Below, one piece after another: positions 1 to 13,381 of a stretch of 64,000 nt of DNA. A model generated the notes under the pieces. The model saw only the letters and a program-made list of their open reading frames with translations. It was not told the origin of the DNA and searched no databases. The stretch's first letter is position 1. Each line of letters begins with the position of its first letter. Source of the stretch: Phoronis australis (Eukaryota; Animalia; Phoronida). Where the stretch lies: NCBI GenBank assembly GCA_002633005.1, contig NMRA01000186.1, forward strand, positions 599,479 through 663,478, in the 5' to 3' direction. Made by a program: the position numbers and the translations under genes.

Positions 1-2638
1 AACTTTCGAAGTGTTTTATTGAGAACTTTTACAGCATTCACACATCATTAGATCAGAAGGTAGATTGATCTGCTATTTGAAAAAACATTCGCACATGGAA
101 ACATGCCTGCCGTCTTTCTATGAAAAAGCTAAATTCCAGTGACATAGTGTTAAGTCTTAGCTAGCTCATCATGGTCACACGTGACTAGCCAGAATATCAG
201 ATATTTGATATGTTAATGTTCTGCTAATTATTCTTAAGAATGATTGGAAGCATTTGTCGTGAAAGCATTTTCGACTGATATACCTTCTGACTGGTCAGAC
301 ATTCTACACTCATGAAAAAAAAACCTGAATACTGCATTATTCTGAGCAGCATTAACAAAGAATTGCTAACAATGGATAACAGAATTTAAATGTATGAAGA
401 TATAGTAATATCTCGCTTATTTCAGACAAATATATATTTTTTTTTCATTTTCAAAGGCTTGTAACATTGTGTGAAATGTCCATAGCTTTTCAGTTTTTGC
501 AGTTTGTACGTATGGTACAGAACTTAGGCAATACGCTATTTTGGCACTATATACCATTGATGAAAAACTTCACCCGTCCACCATACTGTGTTATAATTTG
601 ATGACACTTTACAGTAGCTGTAGAAGTCTGAACAATACAAGTAAGGATTCAACAGACACATAATTCACTAACTCCACAATGATTACAAGGGCATTCTGGT
701 GAAGGTAAATGATTGATGAAACACTGCTAAATGTCTTGACTGACCTGCACATACCTTACTCACCATATTGGTGCACCGGATCACCATCAACAAATCAATA
801 GGTACTTAACTAACTCTCAGCATTTCAAATACTGTACATGGAATTCCTCATTTATTGAGCACAAAACATGGCCGAAATTCTATAGTCAAATTTTCCACAA
901 AAATAAGATTAAGGTAATTTTAGTCCATGATTTGTACATTATAGATGTCATAAAAAAATTTTATTAAATTTTCCATCTTTTGCAGTCAAGTGTTGAGCCT
1001 TTGAAAAACGGAAAAGGTGTCAATTTTGGCAAGTATGTTTGTGCAAAATAAGTGGGAAATTACCGTAATTTGATTGGTATTCATAACTTTTATTACTCAA
1101 ACCGATGACAAAATAAATACACATAAAAAGGCAAAGCCTTAACATACAGAGCTACAATTTCTCTCAATTTCATTACTATGTTATGCATTATATGACCATT
1201 CTCATAAGCCCAGCACATGCGTTGTGATTTCCTTTATCAGCGACAGTGACGACTCCCGCCTGGACTGGCCTTTACTGTAACGACGTGTGGGTCCGAATGC
1301 CGGACTAATCATCCATGTTGCCATGGTGACTTCCTGTTCCAGTAAGAGAGAATCCTCTTACTAGAAACACATCACCACTATGACAGTGCGCAGATCGGAA
1401 TGGTCAGTCGCCCATTTCCCTCACCTTTGATAGTTATCAAGAATTCTCAGAGAATTTTCTGATTAATTACTGTCCTTCACAACACTTCTACAAACAATAT
1501 TTAGTTACAAAAATGAACTCCCTGTACAAACTATGATGAGTCTTGGATGCCACAAGAGCTCACCACTTGCTAAACCTTGCTGAATCACCCAATTTTTACA
1601 TTAGTTGGTCAGTGTGATACACCTTATGCATATGCAACATGCTACCTTGTGGGCATGTCAGATCTGATCCCACAATGACATATGCAGTCTTTTACTTGAC
1701 CCCAACAAATGGTACCAAGGTCTCCAGTGATGGATATATTCCACACCAAAGTAGTCTATGGCTTCAAACAGTATATATTAAGCCATATCTTTATGTGAAA
1801 ACCACTCTGTCCCAAACAAAAGGATGAGATCAACTTGGTGACAGACAGTGTGGGCTGACGGTATTTCAATTCTTGGTTGTACATACCTATTAAGGCCATA
1901 CAAGGAACCAAGAAACATGACACATCTCTTAAATTTCAGACAATACTTAGAGGGATTTATCAACATCGAGAAGGCTGACATCTGCCACTATAGAGGGTGC
2001 TGGCCAAGCAGGATTCATATGATACTATCAAATTTTCTGCAGATCCTTCTGTGAGATTGACAGACAGCGGTGGATGCAAACAAATTGGGAGTAGCACAAA
2101 TCAGACACATCTGGAAATGGGTGTGTACCATCCCAGTCTTCATTGAGACAATAAATAGCACACTTCATGAAGATCTGTGGTAATGGTTCCAGCAATCTGA
2201 ACATTAGCTGTTGATGGCCAACCACTCTGACGGGTGTGGCCATTGAGGTTAAGGACAACATAAGCCAATACTGGATGTTTGAGCTTATAAAGGCAAAATA
2301 CATGCACAATGATGCAGGACAACAACAACAAACACAACACAGTTCACAAATACTTTGCCCAACGGATATCAATGAGGCAACGCCTGGAGGTAATTTCCTC
2401 GTACTGTTGCTACCCGTTGTGCAGTGGACCTGATCTTTTGACAAACTACCAAGCTGAAAATAGACACACCTTACAACCCATGAAACTGCCTCAATAGAAG
2501 AACTTGGTAGGCACATCAAGTTCCAGAAAACAATACTTGTCATTCGACAGACGGCTGAGATCTCTTCTGGGTCTATTGCACATCATTTTAACACCAGCAG
2601 CCTGTAAGTAGGCAGAGCCTGGTGATAATTCTGAGCTG

Positions 2639-2688
2639 TCAATCACTGTCGTCATCACTTTCTGATTCACTTAAGGATAAATCTTTGC
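2639..2688 (-). CDS. EAF1: EAF terminal coding exon
   Basis: tgtttcag acceptor in phase 1; KDLSLSESESDDDSD*, matching the conserved EAF C-terminus DLxLSESxSDxD. Further exons between 27869 and 2688 cannot be excluded. Confidence 0.85.
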
Positions 2689-5600
2689 CTGAAACAATAA
2701 CAATGTATTAAAAGAATATTTTCAACACCGAGGTAACTATAAAAAATGTTTCAACATCAAAAAATAATAAAGCAGGGCACCATGTGCTTTTAAAAGATTT
2801 ACACCTTATCTGTTTACGTTGATTTTGATACCTAGTCAGTTATGCCTGTTGAACAAGACAGATTAAGAAGGAACATGGAATTCTAACATCACAGTGTTTC
2901 TCCAATGTCGATCTGTATTACAAAACCTTACTAGAAATACTACACATCATATTTTTTTTAATTTGTGTATCGAAATTCAGCTGGCTATCTGGCATAGAGT
3001 GACTAACGTTCAGAGAAAACTTTGAAATACGAGTTCCCGGAAGTGCTGGTGTTTGGTGCCAGCACTCAGAAATTTTTGTTCTCCACAACTAAGAGACAAT
3101 TCAGTTGTGGCACTTTTCTTTTTCAAACTTCTAAGAACTGCAACACAAAATTTGGAATTCATGAAATAAGAAAAGACCATTAAGGCATCTTGAGTAACAC
3201 AATAGCCTGAACAATTTTTTGACACCCACTACACTGGGGAAATGCAAACTGGGGCTTTTCTCCTTCATTTGAATCATTGCCTCTACCACTACACTACCAG
3301 GACTCTATGAGGTGAGTAATGATTAGAAACTGAAACTGAAACTGAACAAAAAACATCAAGACAACACCTTCCCACACTCTGTGGCATTTCATACTGTCAT
3401 GCAAGTTCAAGTCTTATTAGGTAACTTGGTCTCTGAAATTTTATGCAATGATACGGCTTGGAATAATGTTTTCAAGTTAGTTAAACAATTGAGCAGTAAG
3501 ATACTTCATCACCAAAACTTGGCATATTTCATCTGGGTTACGTTGTGAGTTACTTTCATCCAACTTAAGAATACAAAACATTTTGCTGTAACCAAAACAA
3601 AGTGAATTCTGATTGGGACAATGAGTGACTCGATATTCACTAGCTGGCACTAATGAATTTTTTTCCCATTTCTAAAAAGAAGTTCATGACCAGCACAGGG
3701 GCATTCGCAGGCTAAATGTGTCACGTAGCTACCAAGAAGTATGCCTGCCTTTCTAAGGGAATAAGAGTCCCTCGTTACTCTAGGGACACTCAATGAATTT
3801 CTTGTCGTTTTGTCATCACTTATCTGGTAAGCAAGATACATACCAGACTTTCATTTTGCCAATTTCTCTAATATAACATAAATAAAATTTACATCACATT
3901 TTTCGTGCTTTGTATGGTGCACCAGCTAAAATAGTAATGAATTCCATTCATTTGTAACACAATAGTTTGCCACTGAGAAATAGAAATCATAATTTTGGTA
4001 ATTTTTAGTGCAAAAGCAATGAAGAACTTAATGAGAGAAATGCTTATAAAAAAGCTTCAAACTAGTAATGGTCAAATTCATGAGTGCATTCATGTAGTAG
4101 GCAAATAATATAGGCAAGGCCTGTGAAGTCGGTCTTTCTTGGCTTGTTTTCAAGAAATTTCCACAATTTTTTTATTCCAGTGAACAAAATTACCCTCATA
4201 ATTCTGCAATATTTGTATTAATCGTACAATAAACATTCAAGCTTACAGAAAAAGACCAGAAAAAATCATAAACGACACGCATAAGTAGACCTATAATCTA
4301 TGTTTACAATAATCAAAAATCATTTAAATAAAATCACACTACAACCACTGAGTGATAAATACAAATACAGAATCAACAGTACCTAAGTGAATTCAAGCAT
4401 CATCAACACAATTTAAATTGGAAGGATTAAACACAGACCACTGCCATCCTCACTCAAAGAATACCACAGCTCAGTTCCACAAACTGGCAATAAGGAAATG
4501 TTTGTTGATTGGCCAGGTGATATTGTGTATTGTGTATTGTATATTGTGTAGTCAAATAATCAGTTAATACAGGTATCAACTGAGGTGCAACAGGATATGA
4601 CTCATTCTTCTGTGAAAGTGGTTTATTTAGGTCACGCACAAGGAGTGGTTCTTCTCTAAATTTAAGATGTTCCTATCTTTCTTTTAGTGGCTGTCCTCTT
4701 AAAAACACTTGGTCTCCAAGACATTGGTCATTTAAGAATGCATTTCCTGATTTCGCCTAAAACTCCTTCCAGTAACCTTGGTAACAATATCTAGGTGGCC
4801 AACTAACTCAAAGAATGTCTTCTACCACAACAAATCAAAATCAACAGTGTCCAAACACACTGGTTGGAAATAATTCATGGCGGGTTCAACATTCAGCAAT
4901 CACATCCCCTTAACCTCAGTCCCGGGCATGCAAACACCAAAACTACAAACAAGGGGACCAGCACCCCTGCTTGCATGAAACAGTCTCAAACAGGGAGGAC
5001 TCTAAACATACTGGGTATTTGTTTTGTTTTTTTACTCACAGATGTAATATTTTTCTATCATTTTACTGCCATTATGAGCTCTACTTTACTAATGACATTT
5101 TCAAATAATAAAAATTTCACCCTTAATTCAGTCAAAATAATTCAAGACTTAGTCCTTGTAAATTAAGGGGGTTGCATGAAAAGATCCCAGCTTATTTTCA
5201 ATAATAACGTAGACTTCACTTGCGATTTGTTAAAAATCGACTCAGTTATGAGACTCCAACAGCACAAGAAGGGACAATCAGTTTTTCACAAGTCCCAAAA
5301 TACACAGTGAGTAGATTTAGGGAACTTAGTTGAGTCCTTATTTGGAACTGTTTCATCAACCGGGTAGATTCCTTACTCGGACACAGATCCGGGATTGGAG
5401 TATGTTCACCAGATATGGAACATTTTTGGTGCATGTGCACTTTAGGGGAGTGAGTCCGGAATTTGCACGGCTGGTTTGGTGTTTGCTGGACTATGGGTCT
5501 GGGGCAAAGGGGATCCAACTGAAATTTATGGTTTCAGTGATGTCTAGACACTGAAACAGATATGCATGGAAATGTTGTCGACTTACAAAAAGAGAAATTA

Positions 5601-6481
5601 ACATGGAAATTAAAACTGTAAATACCTCAGGAATTCAATTTCAATGTCCTAATTTTGTTTTCACCTGTCCCAAAATTGATAACACACTTCAAAAGACAAG
5701 ATGTTATAGTGAAACTTGATAGTGTACCAAATTTTAGAGCAACAAACTAAAGAAGTATGCCACTTCACTCTCAGTTCCTTTATCAACCAATAGAAATCAT
5801 GGAAACTTCAGTGCTATAAATAACTCAATGACAAAACTTTCAAACACCCAAGACTGGAGTTTAGAAAGACCAACACAGAGACAGACCACAAATGATACAG
5901 CAAAACAGGTATGCCTTTTTACACTGCAGGGGTTAGTACTATTGTAAACCATGCATCTATGATTAGCATATGGAAGTCACTTACAATCTTAGTAATGAAA
6001 CTTTAATAGGCATCACATAGGGTTGCTTCATAGTCTAATACTGCTGGCAGTGGGATCACAAACATTGGTTCAACAAATCATTCCTGGTTCCAATGTCCGC
6101 AATTAACATTGAAATGTTTTTTAGGCAAGAAAATGTCCCTGCCACTTCTTAAAGGAATAAATAGGGTACCAGATTTGCCAAATCTGAACAATTCTCGACT
6201 TCTCGTTACTTAGCCCTGTGATGCAAGTTCCTGCTTGCTAATGACTATGTGTGGTGGTTATCAATAAAAACCACATCTTTATAAACTTCAATTCAGCAGC
6301 AAGGAAGAAAATAGTTATACAAAATAAATGTAGGTTGAAATTGTGGTTTAATTAGTGGCCAGGCTCTGATACATTCAGGAACCCCAGGAATTATGTGACT
6401 CATATAGTCTCGGATTACAAAATCACAGGTCAAAGAAATGGCTGAAGTTTAAGCAAGTATGCCTACTTACGCTACATCCAT

Positions 6482-7353
6482 CTGGGCCCGGTCTCCAATC
6501 TTTTTACTCGAAATGGAACTCGAAATTAGGTTTGGCATTTTCTACTCTACTTTTGGGCGAACTCGAGGTAAGTGTCTATTATACTATGCTAGAGTACACA
6601 ATAACTTACGTAGATAATTTATTGCCCTTAGTTCACAGGTTGTAAACCCAATATTAAAGCAATAAGTTCGAGTTTGAACTCGAAATTTCAAGTTTTTACT
6701 CAAGTTTGTAGCACGAATATAAGGGTCTTCAAGGCAGGGCTTGGAATGACCAATGACAAAAAACGCGGAAACTTTTACGGCCCAGATCATGCCCGAAACC
6801 TTTCCCCGAAAAATCGACAAAAAAAAAAACGTTACCACCATCAGTAGCATGCGTCGGCGTCCTTTCAGCTCGCCCGTCCACTCCCAACCCACACATTTTT
6901 GGCTGCAGAGCAGTAGTATTTGTCGCCGCACTTAACAATAACACAAGACGCCATTGAAAATCCCACCACGCTGTCCCACATGCCCCGGCAATGTTGACAA
7001 TTTACGTTCCTCCGATCATAAAGAGCAACTTCCGCTTTTCGAGGTGAACGTCGTCTGCAACGCCGCGGTAAGAAAGGAATTTGCCGCGGAAATTTTAAAT
7101 CCGATTTTTTTACGCGGATATATTATAAAAAAAGGGGAAAGCACATTTGAAAAAAGCGGAAATCCGCGTTTCCGCGGAAAATTCCAAGCCCTGTCAAGGG
7201 CAAACTTGAACTAGAAACTTCTATGCATAAACTATAATGTATTCGAGCACAGTCTGATAACCAATTATCTTAAGTTCGCACAAAAGGAGCAGAGAAATTG
7301 CCAAAAATAGTTTCGAGTTCGTTTCGAGTACAAAGATTAGAGACCGGGCCCAG
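6482..7353. mobile_element. Non-autonomous TIR DNA transposon (TIR CTGGGCCCGGTCT..AATC) containing a nested MITE
   Basis: ~45-bp imperfect terminal inverted repeats starting at 6482 and ending at 7353. Confidence 0.75.
6735..7193. mobile_element. hAT-like MITE (TIR CAGGGCTTGGAAT) with 6-bp TSD TCAAGG
   Basis: Perfect 13-bp TIRs; TCAAGG at 6729-6734 and 7194-7199; subterminal CCGCGG/GCGGAA motifs. Confidence 0.8.
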
Positions 7354-7385
7354 ATGTCCAGAATCAATTTGTGGTAATATCAAAC

Positions 7386-7590
7386 ACACTACATGTATTG
7401 TAGATGTAAAAAAGTCACATACTTAGAGACGAGCGAAAGGCGGGAAATCCCTCATTCATCGACAAAGACCTGGCGGACCAGGTTGAAACGTCTGCTAACA
7501 ACCAACCACGTCTCTAAGTAAGTGACGTTTTTACATCTACAATGCCTCTAGAGACCAATGACGAACCTATTCTCCGGAACACTACATGTA
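7386..7590. mobile_element. Short Penelope-like terminal fragment with inverted arms, degenerate hammerhead and 12-bp TSD
   Basis: TSD ACACTACATGTA at 7386-7397 and 7579-7590; inverted arms ~7397-7431 / 7509-7543; TCGACAAA-GACCTGG[cgga]CCAGGTT-GAAACGTC at 7459-7492. Confidence 0.65.
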
Positions 7591-9656
7591 ATTGTATATT
7601 TCTCAGGGTCTGAAAACCACAGACCGCCAGGCTCAGATCACTGACCGAAACTTGATCACCAACTGCCAAACACGCTACCGTACCAGACTCAAAAAGACAA
7701 CTTAGACACCCAAAAACAGTAAACCGACTCGAAAACCCATGCGCTGACTCTCGAGCATGGTGTAAGCAAGTTGGTGAACTAAGTTTAGAAGTATGAAAGT
7801 CATGTTCCTGCACATCGTCTTTCCGTTTTAATGCTGCTAATAGTCGGTTGATCAAAGGCCCCACCACAGAGAAGTAAGAGCTGATTCAACAGACTCCAGT
7901 GAATGATAGCTGAGCTGATAGCTCCCCCAAAGATGTGAAAATACAACAATTGAATGAACTATTAAACAACTGTTCTCACCTTGACATAAGCTGTCAGCTA
8001 ATTTGCACATGTGGCAGCTAGCTCAGCTTATGAGCTTTCTAACTGCAGTGACCCTTAGTGCTTATTGTGGCCTGTTTAGATGGAGGCTAAGTTAGTGTTA
8101 TCAGATATTGTAATTTACATGGTAAGTTATCTCTGCCATAAACAAGTTGACTGCACAATAAACTTGAAGAGAAAAAACTGGTAAACAACATAATACAAAA
8201 ATGAGCTAAAAGTATAAATTGTGAATCTCAAATACGACCGTACTATAAACAATGCAGTTTCGCAATGAAATAAAGTACCGTATCACACTATATAAATATT
8301 ATTCACATGTTAAGAGTTACCCTAGTACAACTAGTTACCGTACTCCTAGAACAAGTTGTCGCTTTGTTCAGGAAAGTAGTAATGTGAACAATATTTGCTC
8401 TGGGATAACTTGAGGCGTAAGAGACAACTTACCCCATCTTATCGACTAAGGTTACGAGTATCGGGTAAGTTGCCCAGCAATTCTCCAGTTGGAGAAACGC
8501 AAGTGTTTTGGCCAGACTGGCGAGCTGGTCTTCGGAATTTCATGTGTTGGCATCTGTACCAATCATGCACATGTTTTTGCAGATTTTTATAGAATTTTAA
8601 AAATTTATCTCATGAACACATGTAATAGCTGCTAGCTGTAACCACTCGAGTAAAAATTTTGTCACAAAAAGTCTTGCATGCAGAGGCTCATAAATAGAAG
8701 TCTTTTTCCTATGTACACTTTGTTGCGTTCTAAATTAAAGAAATTGCACAACACTCACAACAGTGTTACTGTGGTCAGTAATCAGGATATGGGCCAGACA
8801 AAAGACCACAAGCTCAAGCCAGTGAATTTTTGTGTGCCATTGTTAAATAAAAATACCCACTACAACCTCAATGAAGCATCAAGAGTAGTTCTGATTAATG
8901 CTTTACAGTTCAATACATAAAGCAAGACCTTGAGAGTAAATAAACTGATGTATAGAGAATCCATGTTCTATTGCCCAAGTCCAATAGGCGTCAAGTTACT
9001 CATTTGAAACACTTTACCACAGCATACAACTAAATGAGTTATACATTTTGCCACTAACTTACATTACACAGTTCATTTGTATTAAGGATAAATCTGTCTA
9101 ATAACTGGAGTCCTGTGGCATATATGAGGTATATCAAGTTTTGTGCCAGGCAAAAAATCAGTCTAGGCTTGAAGCCCCATGGAGCTTCATCTTAGAAAAC
9201 ATTTTTATGGTCAATGTTCTCAGCGAGCCCTTTGTTATTTTTAAAGCATAAAGATAGCATTCCTACTTGCAAATGATATAAGTGGAATTTATTGATTTCT
9301 TTAATGAGAAGATTCAATACAGCTAACTAATTCCAGTGTGTAATTTGAGGTGTTGGCTTGACCCAATTGGCCCTGCCTGTAAAAATGTGCTACCTAGATA
9401 AGGACTTAATCTGCTGAACTGAAGATTTCTGTGACTTGCTTCACAGCGGCGATTTTATGGTTCATTACGTTTACACTGGCACAACAAGAGAACATTAACT
9501 GATCTAACTCTGCTCTCATCTCTTTAAGTCATAGCTTTGATTTCGTTTCAGTACATGAACACTCGGCCACACGTATAATTTTGCCATTAATTATTAAAAT
9601 TATATTTTTCTAAAGCCATCACTGCACATCTTGACTTTTGAATACTGCGTAAAACC

Positions 9657-9658
<2 letters not shown>

Positions 9659-9694
<36 letters not shown>
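9659..9694. repeat. (AT)n microsatellite
   Basis: Perfect AT dinucleotide run ~170 bp upstream of the GPCR acceptor. Confidence 0.95.
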
Positions 9695-9698
<4 letters not shown>

Positions 9699-9915
9699 TT
9701 TTATGTATCCATCAGGTATTTTGCACTTCTTTGGCCATAGCATTCTCGTGTCATTTAGTTTGTATTTGAAGATTACAAACATTTTTTTATTGTGAGCTAT
9801 CTTTTCTTGGACGCCAAATCAAATTCATTGCATCTGGAATATTAAAAATCATTTTTTTTCAGAGCCAGATGTTGTTAATGGAAGAAAAGAGAAACACAAG
9901 GTGATCAAGTGGAAG

Positions 9916-11217
9916 ATGGTGTACATACAAATCAAGGTTCATCCGGAAATGAATGTTCTGGAGACATACCTAGAAAACATGAATTTAACATCAGGAAGCA
10001 CACCACTCATGCTGACCACACCACCAGGAGTCACTGCAGACTCACAGCACAATGGATCATCAAATTGTTCGGTTAGAGATAGCGCTGAACCATCACCGCT
10101 TCAAATTGCAATGGCCGCCTTGGAGTTAGTACTTATGGTATTAATTTGCTTTGGAAATGGTATGGTGATCGCAGCCTTTTACAGGGCACGGAGGCTAAGG
10201 ACGAGGACCAACTATTTCATAATGAACCTCAGCATTGCTGATTTCTGTGTCGGCCTTTTGATGCCTTTCCACGCGATGCTCTTTTTCTACCCAGATCTGC
10301 TACAGACTTTAAGCGTGTGTGTGTTTCGCTACTCCAGTTTAATGACAATGCTGGGAGTTAGTGTTTTCTGCCTTCTTGCCATGACATATGACCGCTATTC
10401 AGCTATTACCAAACCACTGCACTATCAAAGTGACATAATGTCTACTAGGAGGATCGTAATCACGTGTTGCGTGGTGTGGTTTGTTCCCATTCTTGGACTG
10501 TTCATCGTGCCATTCCTGTGGAATGAGAGGGAACTGTTTTTTTCCAAATGCAAATGTGATTTCTCCCTTGTTCTCAAATCTGAATACATCCGCTATATGA
10601 TACTTCCTGGATTTCTCGTCTGCACAGTGATTGTGCTGTTTTTCTATGCCAGAATATTTTTGGTGGCGCGCAGACACTTGGAAAATATTCGTAAACTGGA
10701 AGCCCAGTTGCAGGCGCAAAAGAAATTCCGCAAAAATTTCAAACTAACAATGACGGCAGCCATCGTTCTCGGAGTGTTCTTCGTGTCATGGCTACCATTT
10801 ATGTTAACAGTGGCTGTACAGGAGTACTCGAATGTACAAACAGATGAAATACTCCTGGCACGCACATGGACAACCTTAATCGCCGTACTGAACTCTGCTT
10901 GGAATCCTATCATATATGCAATGCGCTTGCGAGGATTCAAAGCAGAATTCAAGAGTATCCTTAAGATTAAATGGACTAGTAGTGACTACAGCTCGACATT
11001 TAGAAAACATGTGAAACAGATGCAACTACACAGGAAGAGAAGTCAGAGCCTCAATTCCAAACGTAGTGACAATTCAGAGGACGTGATCAAAGTCAACCAG
11101 CCTCACATGCTGACTCATAGTAGGTGTAAACTATGGGCTTTTTACAGATACAGAATATGGTGTGTGGGCAATAGATGTGTGAAATCAACCCTTCACAATA
11201 AAAACAAATTAAAATAA
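9916..11217 (+). CDS. Rhodopsin-like (class A) GPCR, adenosine-receptor/GPR119-like orphan, main exon
   Basis: Seven hydrophobic segments with GN (TM1), LSIADF (TM2), DRY (TM3), SWLPF (TM6) and NPIIY (TM7), plus N-glycosylation sequons in the N-terminus. First in-frame ATG is 9916 (alternative 9949); a ttttttttcag acceptor at 9862 lies upstream. It may splice out at 11119 rather than read to the stop at 11217. Confidence 0.93.
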   Translation: MVYIQIKVHPEMNVLETYLENMNLTSGSTPLMLTTPPGVTADSQHNGSSNCSVRDSAEPSPLQIAMAALELVLMVLICFGNGMVIAAFYRARRLRTRTNYFIMNLSIADFCVGLLMPFHAMLFFYPDLLQTLSVCVFRYSSLMTMLGVSVFCLLAMTYDRYSAITKPLHYQSDIMSTRRIVITCCVVWFVPILGLFIVPFLWNERELFFSKCKCDFSLVLKSEYIRYMILPGFLVCTVIVLFFYARIFLVARRHLENIRKLEAQLQAQKKFRKNFKLTMTAAIVLGVFFVSWLPFMLTVAVQEYSNVQTDEILLARTWTTLIAVLNSAWNPIIYAMRLRGFKAEFKSILKIKWTSSDYSSTFRKHVKQMQLHRKRSQSLNSKRSDNSEDVIKVNQPHMLTHSRCKLWAFYRYRIWCVGNRCVKSTLHNKNKLK

Positions 11218-13055
11218 ATAAATTTTTTAGCCACTCGGTCACAAGATGGAAGAATGGGTATTTTCTAAAAATCTCAGGGATGCTCACACATCAGTTTTTG
11301 TCCATCTGTAAATAGGTCAATGGAATACTTTGGTTGAAGCAATGGTGATCTATCATGTAGGTCTTAGTGACACTTATCACCCTGTGGTAGACAAAATTCC
11401 TTAGGCAAGCCTCGGTTTATACCATGTAAAGCATAAAAGAGCTGGCCATTAAAGAAAGGTACACATTGATGTGTCCTGCTGTAATGCCATCAGTAGACAT
11501 CACAAGAAATATGTGATTCATTCCCTTAAAAAGTTACAGCTATTGCCAAGAAAGTTACAAACTCATTTCTATCTTCAGTTGGGTGTCCTAAATCAGAAAA
11601 GATTCACAAAACAAAAAATCCAAATACCCGACGCACTGAACAGGACGTAATTATTAGGTACCGAGACTAAAGTTACTAAACAAAAGCACCTATTTAGTTC
11701 AACGGATTGTGCTAATAACCCAAGTTTACATCTACAGGCTTATTTTTTAAATTATGAAATAATTAACATTAGAAAACTGGCATACTAATGCCACAGCACT
11801 GAGAGGTTCAAACACTTCAGTGATGGACTCATCAAAGCAGCTTTCGCATCACGGCTGCCTTGATACTGGAGCAGCTTTGTCTTGTGGACACTCAGCCGAT
11901 TAGAGTCCAACTTGAACCACTGGACACAGCTGATAAGTATGTGAAAATACCAATTTTCATACTCAACTATCAAAATAAAGCCAGGCAGAAATTCGGTGCA
12001 ACCTTTTTCCAGGTGGAAGGGTCAACAAGCTTGTAGTACCGTCATGTTGAACAAAGATTGAGTTCTCCAAAAACAAAGTATTACCTGTCTTTAAAGCCAT
12101 AAAATGTCAGTGGCAATCTATGAAGTGAAAAATTAATCATAGCGTAAATAAAACAATCTAAGTTTTCAATAGTTAAGACATTTCAGATCTTAAACAAACA
12201 ATAAAGCCTGTTTTTTATAGGCATGCTTTGATTCTCTTTGAAGTGCTCACTCTTGGTCACTAATGGGAAATGGAACTTGAAAACTTTCTGTCATGAATAA
12301 ACATTGGATCTCTGCGTGACAGGAACCATATAAGGCCAAAACACTTGTATTGTTTTATATCCTACTTCACCTTCATTTCAAGGGAGGTGCTCTTGAGATC
12401 AACTTCAATTACTGCGCTTGTCACCTTAAAGCACAATGGATAAAGTATTTGACATTCAAAGTGATTTACCATACTAGTCCCGGTGCTTTGATTGTGGCAT
12501 CGAAAAATCAAAGTAGAGTCTTCAGCTGAATATGGGTGCTTAAAAACAATGTTTTGAAAAGTTGATGTTCAGCACTTCTGAAAGGTCAGTCGCGTAGAAA
12601 CCCAGTCAGATACACTGACGTGGACGCAAGTCAAATAAAAGATCGAAAAGTATAATGAATAATTGTGTAGGTTCCACTAAAAATGATAGTTACCCAAAGA
12701 CAATCCATTTGTATACCTTTTGTGGCCTAGAATACTGATGAAACCTGTGTTCCTTTCACAAAGACATTTACCAGTAGGACTTCTATCAAGTCTCGGTCAT
12801 ATAATTTAAAGAAGGCAAAAAGGCAAGTTTGAGCACTTAAAAATTAAAATTTGAAAATTTCAAGGGTGACTAGCAAGGCCTGCATGGCTGTTTACTAACT
12901 CAACTAACTAAGACACTTGGTTTCTGTGACGTTCACCTGAAAACAGATACATGAAGCAACCTTTCGAAGGTCTTTTAATTTCATGCTTCGAGTGGTATGA
13001 CACAAATTTTTCAGTACTAAAGTAAGCTTTTAATTAATGCAAATGCATTTTTCAG

Positions 13056-13381
13056 GTGCTCACATAATACTTCAGATTACTGGCATAAACACTCAAGCAG
13101 AAACAAAGCAGAGGCTCTGCGACAACAGGCAAGAGGGAGACAAGCCTGAGCATGAACAAATCCTCAAATCTGATAATGGAATCATCAACCAGTGTTGCCA
13201 AATGGAACAAGGAAGATCTCAAAACCAAACAAAGGGGAGTGCAGATTGTGCTACAGAGATGTGTCTTGTTCTGGCTGAGGTAACTCATGATAGTGATGTC
13301 GAGCTTGACGTAAAACCGAATCATACACCTGGGGAGACCCTGACTGCAGGATTCGAACACTTTGATGAGGTTTATTTATAA
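13056..13381 (+). CDS. Probable terminal exon of the GPCR (extended cytoplasmic tail)
   Basis: The phase-1 donor CAT A|gtaggt at 11119 matches the phase-1 acceptor tttttcag|GT at 13055. The frame is open for ~108 codons and ends ...FDEVYL*. Confidence 0.55.

Noticed and set aside
5246-5518. Minus-strand ORF as an extra EAF exon (also a mini-exon candidate near 14746-14780)
   Set aside because: Splice-like signals exist, but the open frame enters in phase 0 while exon 5 ends in phase 1, and there is no EAF similarity. Left unresolved.
10399-10952. Antisense ORFs within the GPCR (and 60487-60843 within the KAP gene)
   Set aside because: Shadow frames of real coding sequence.
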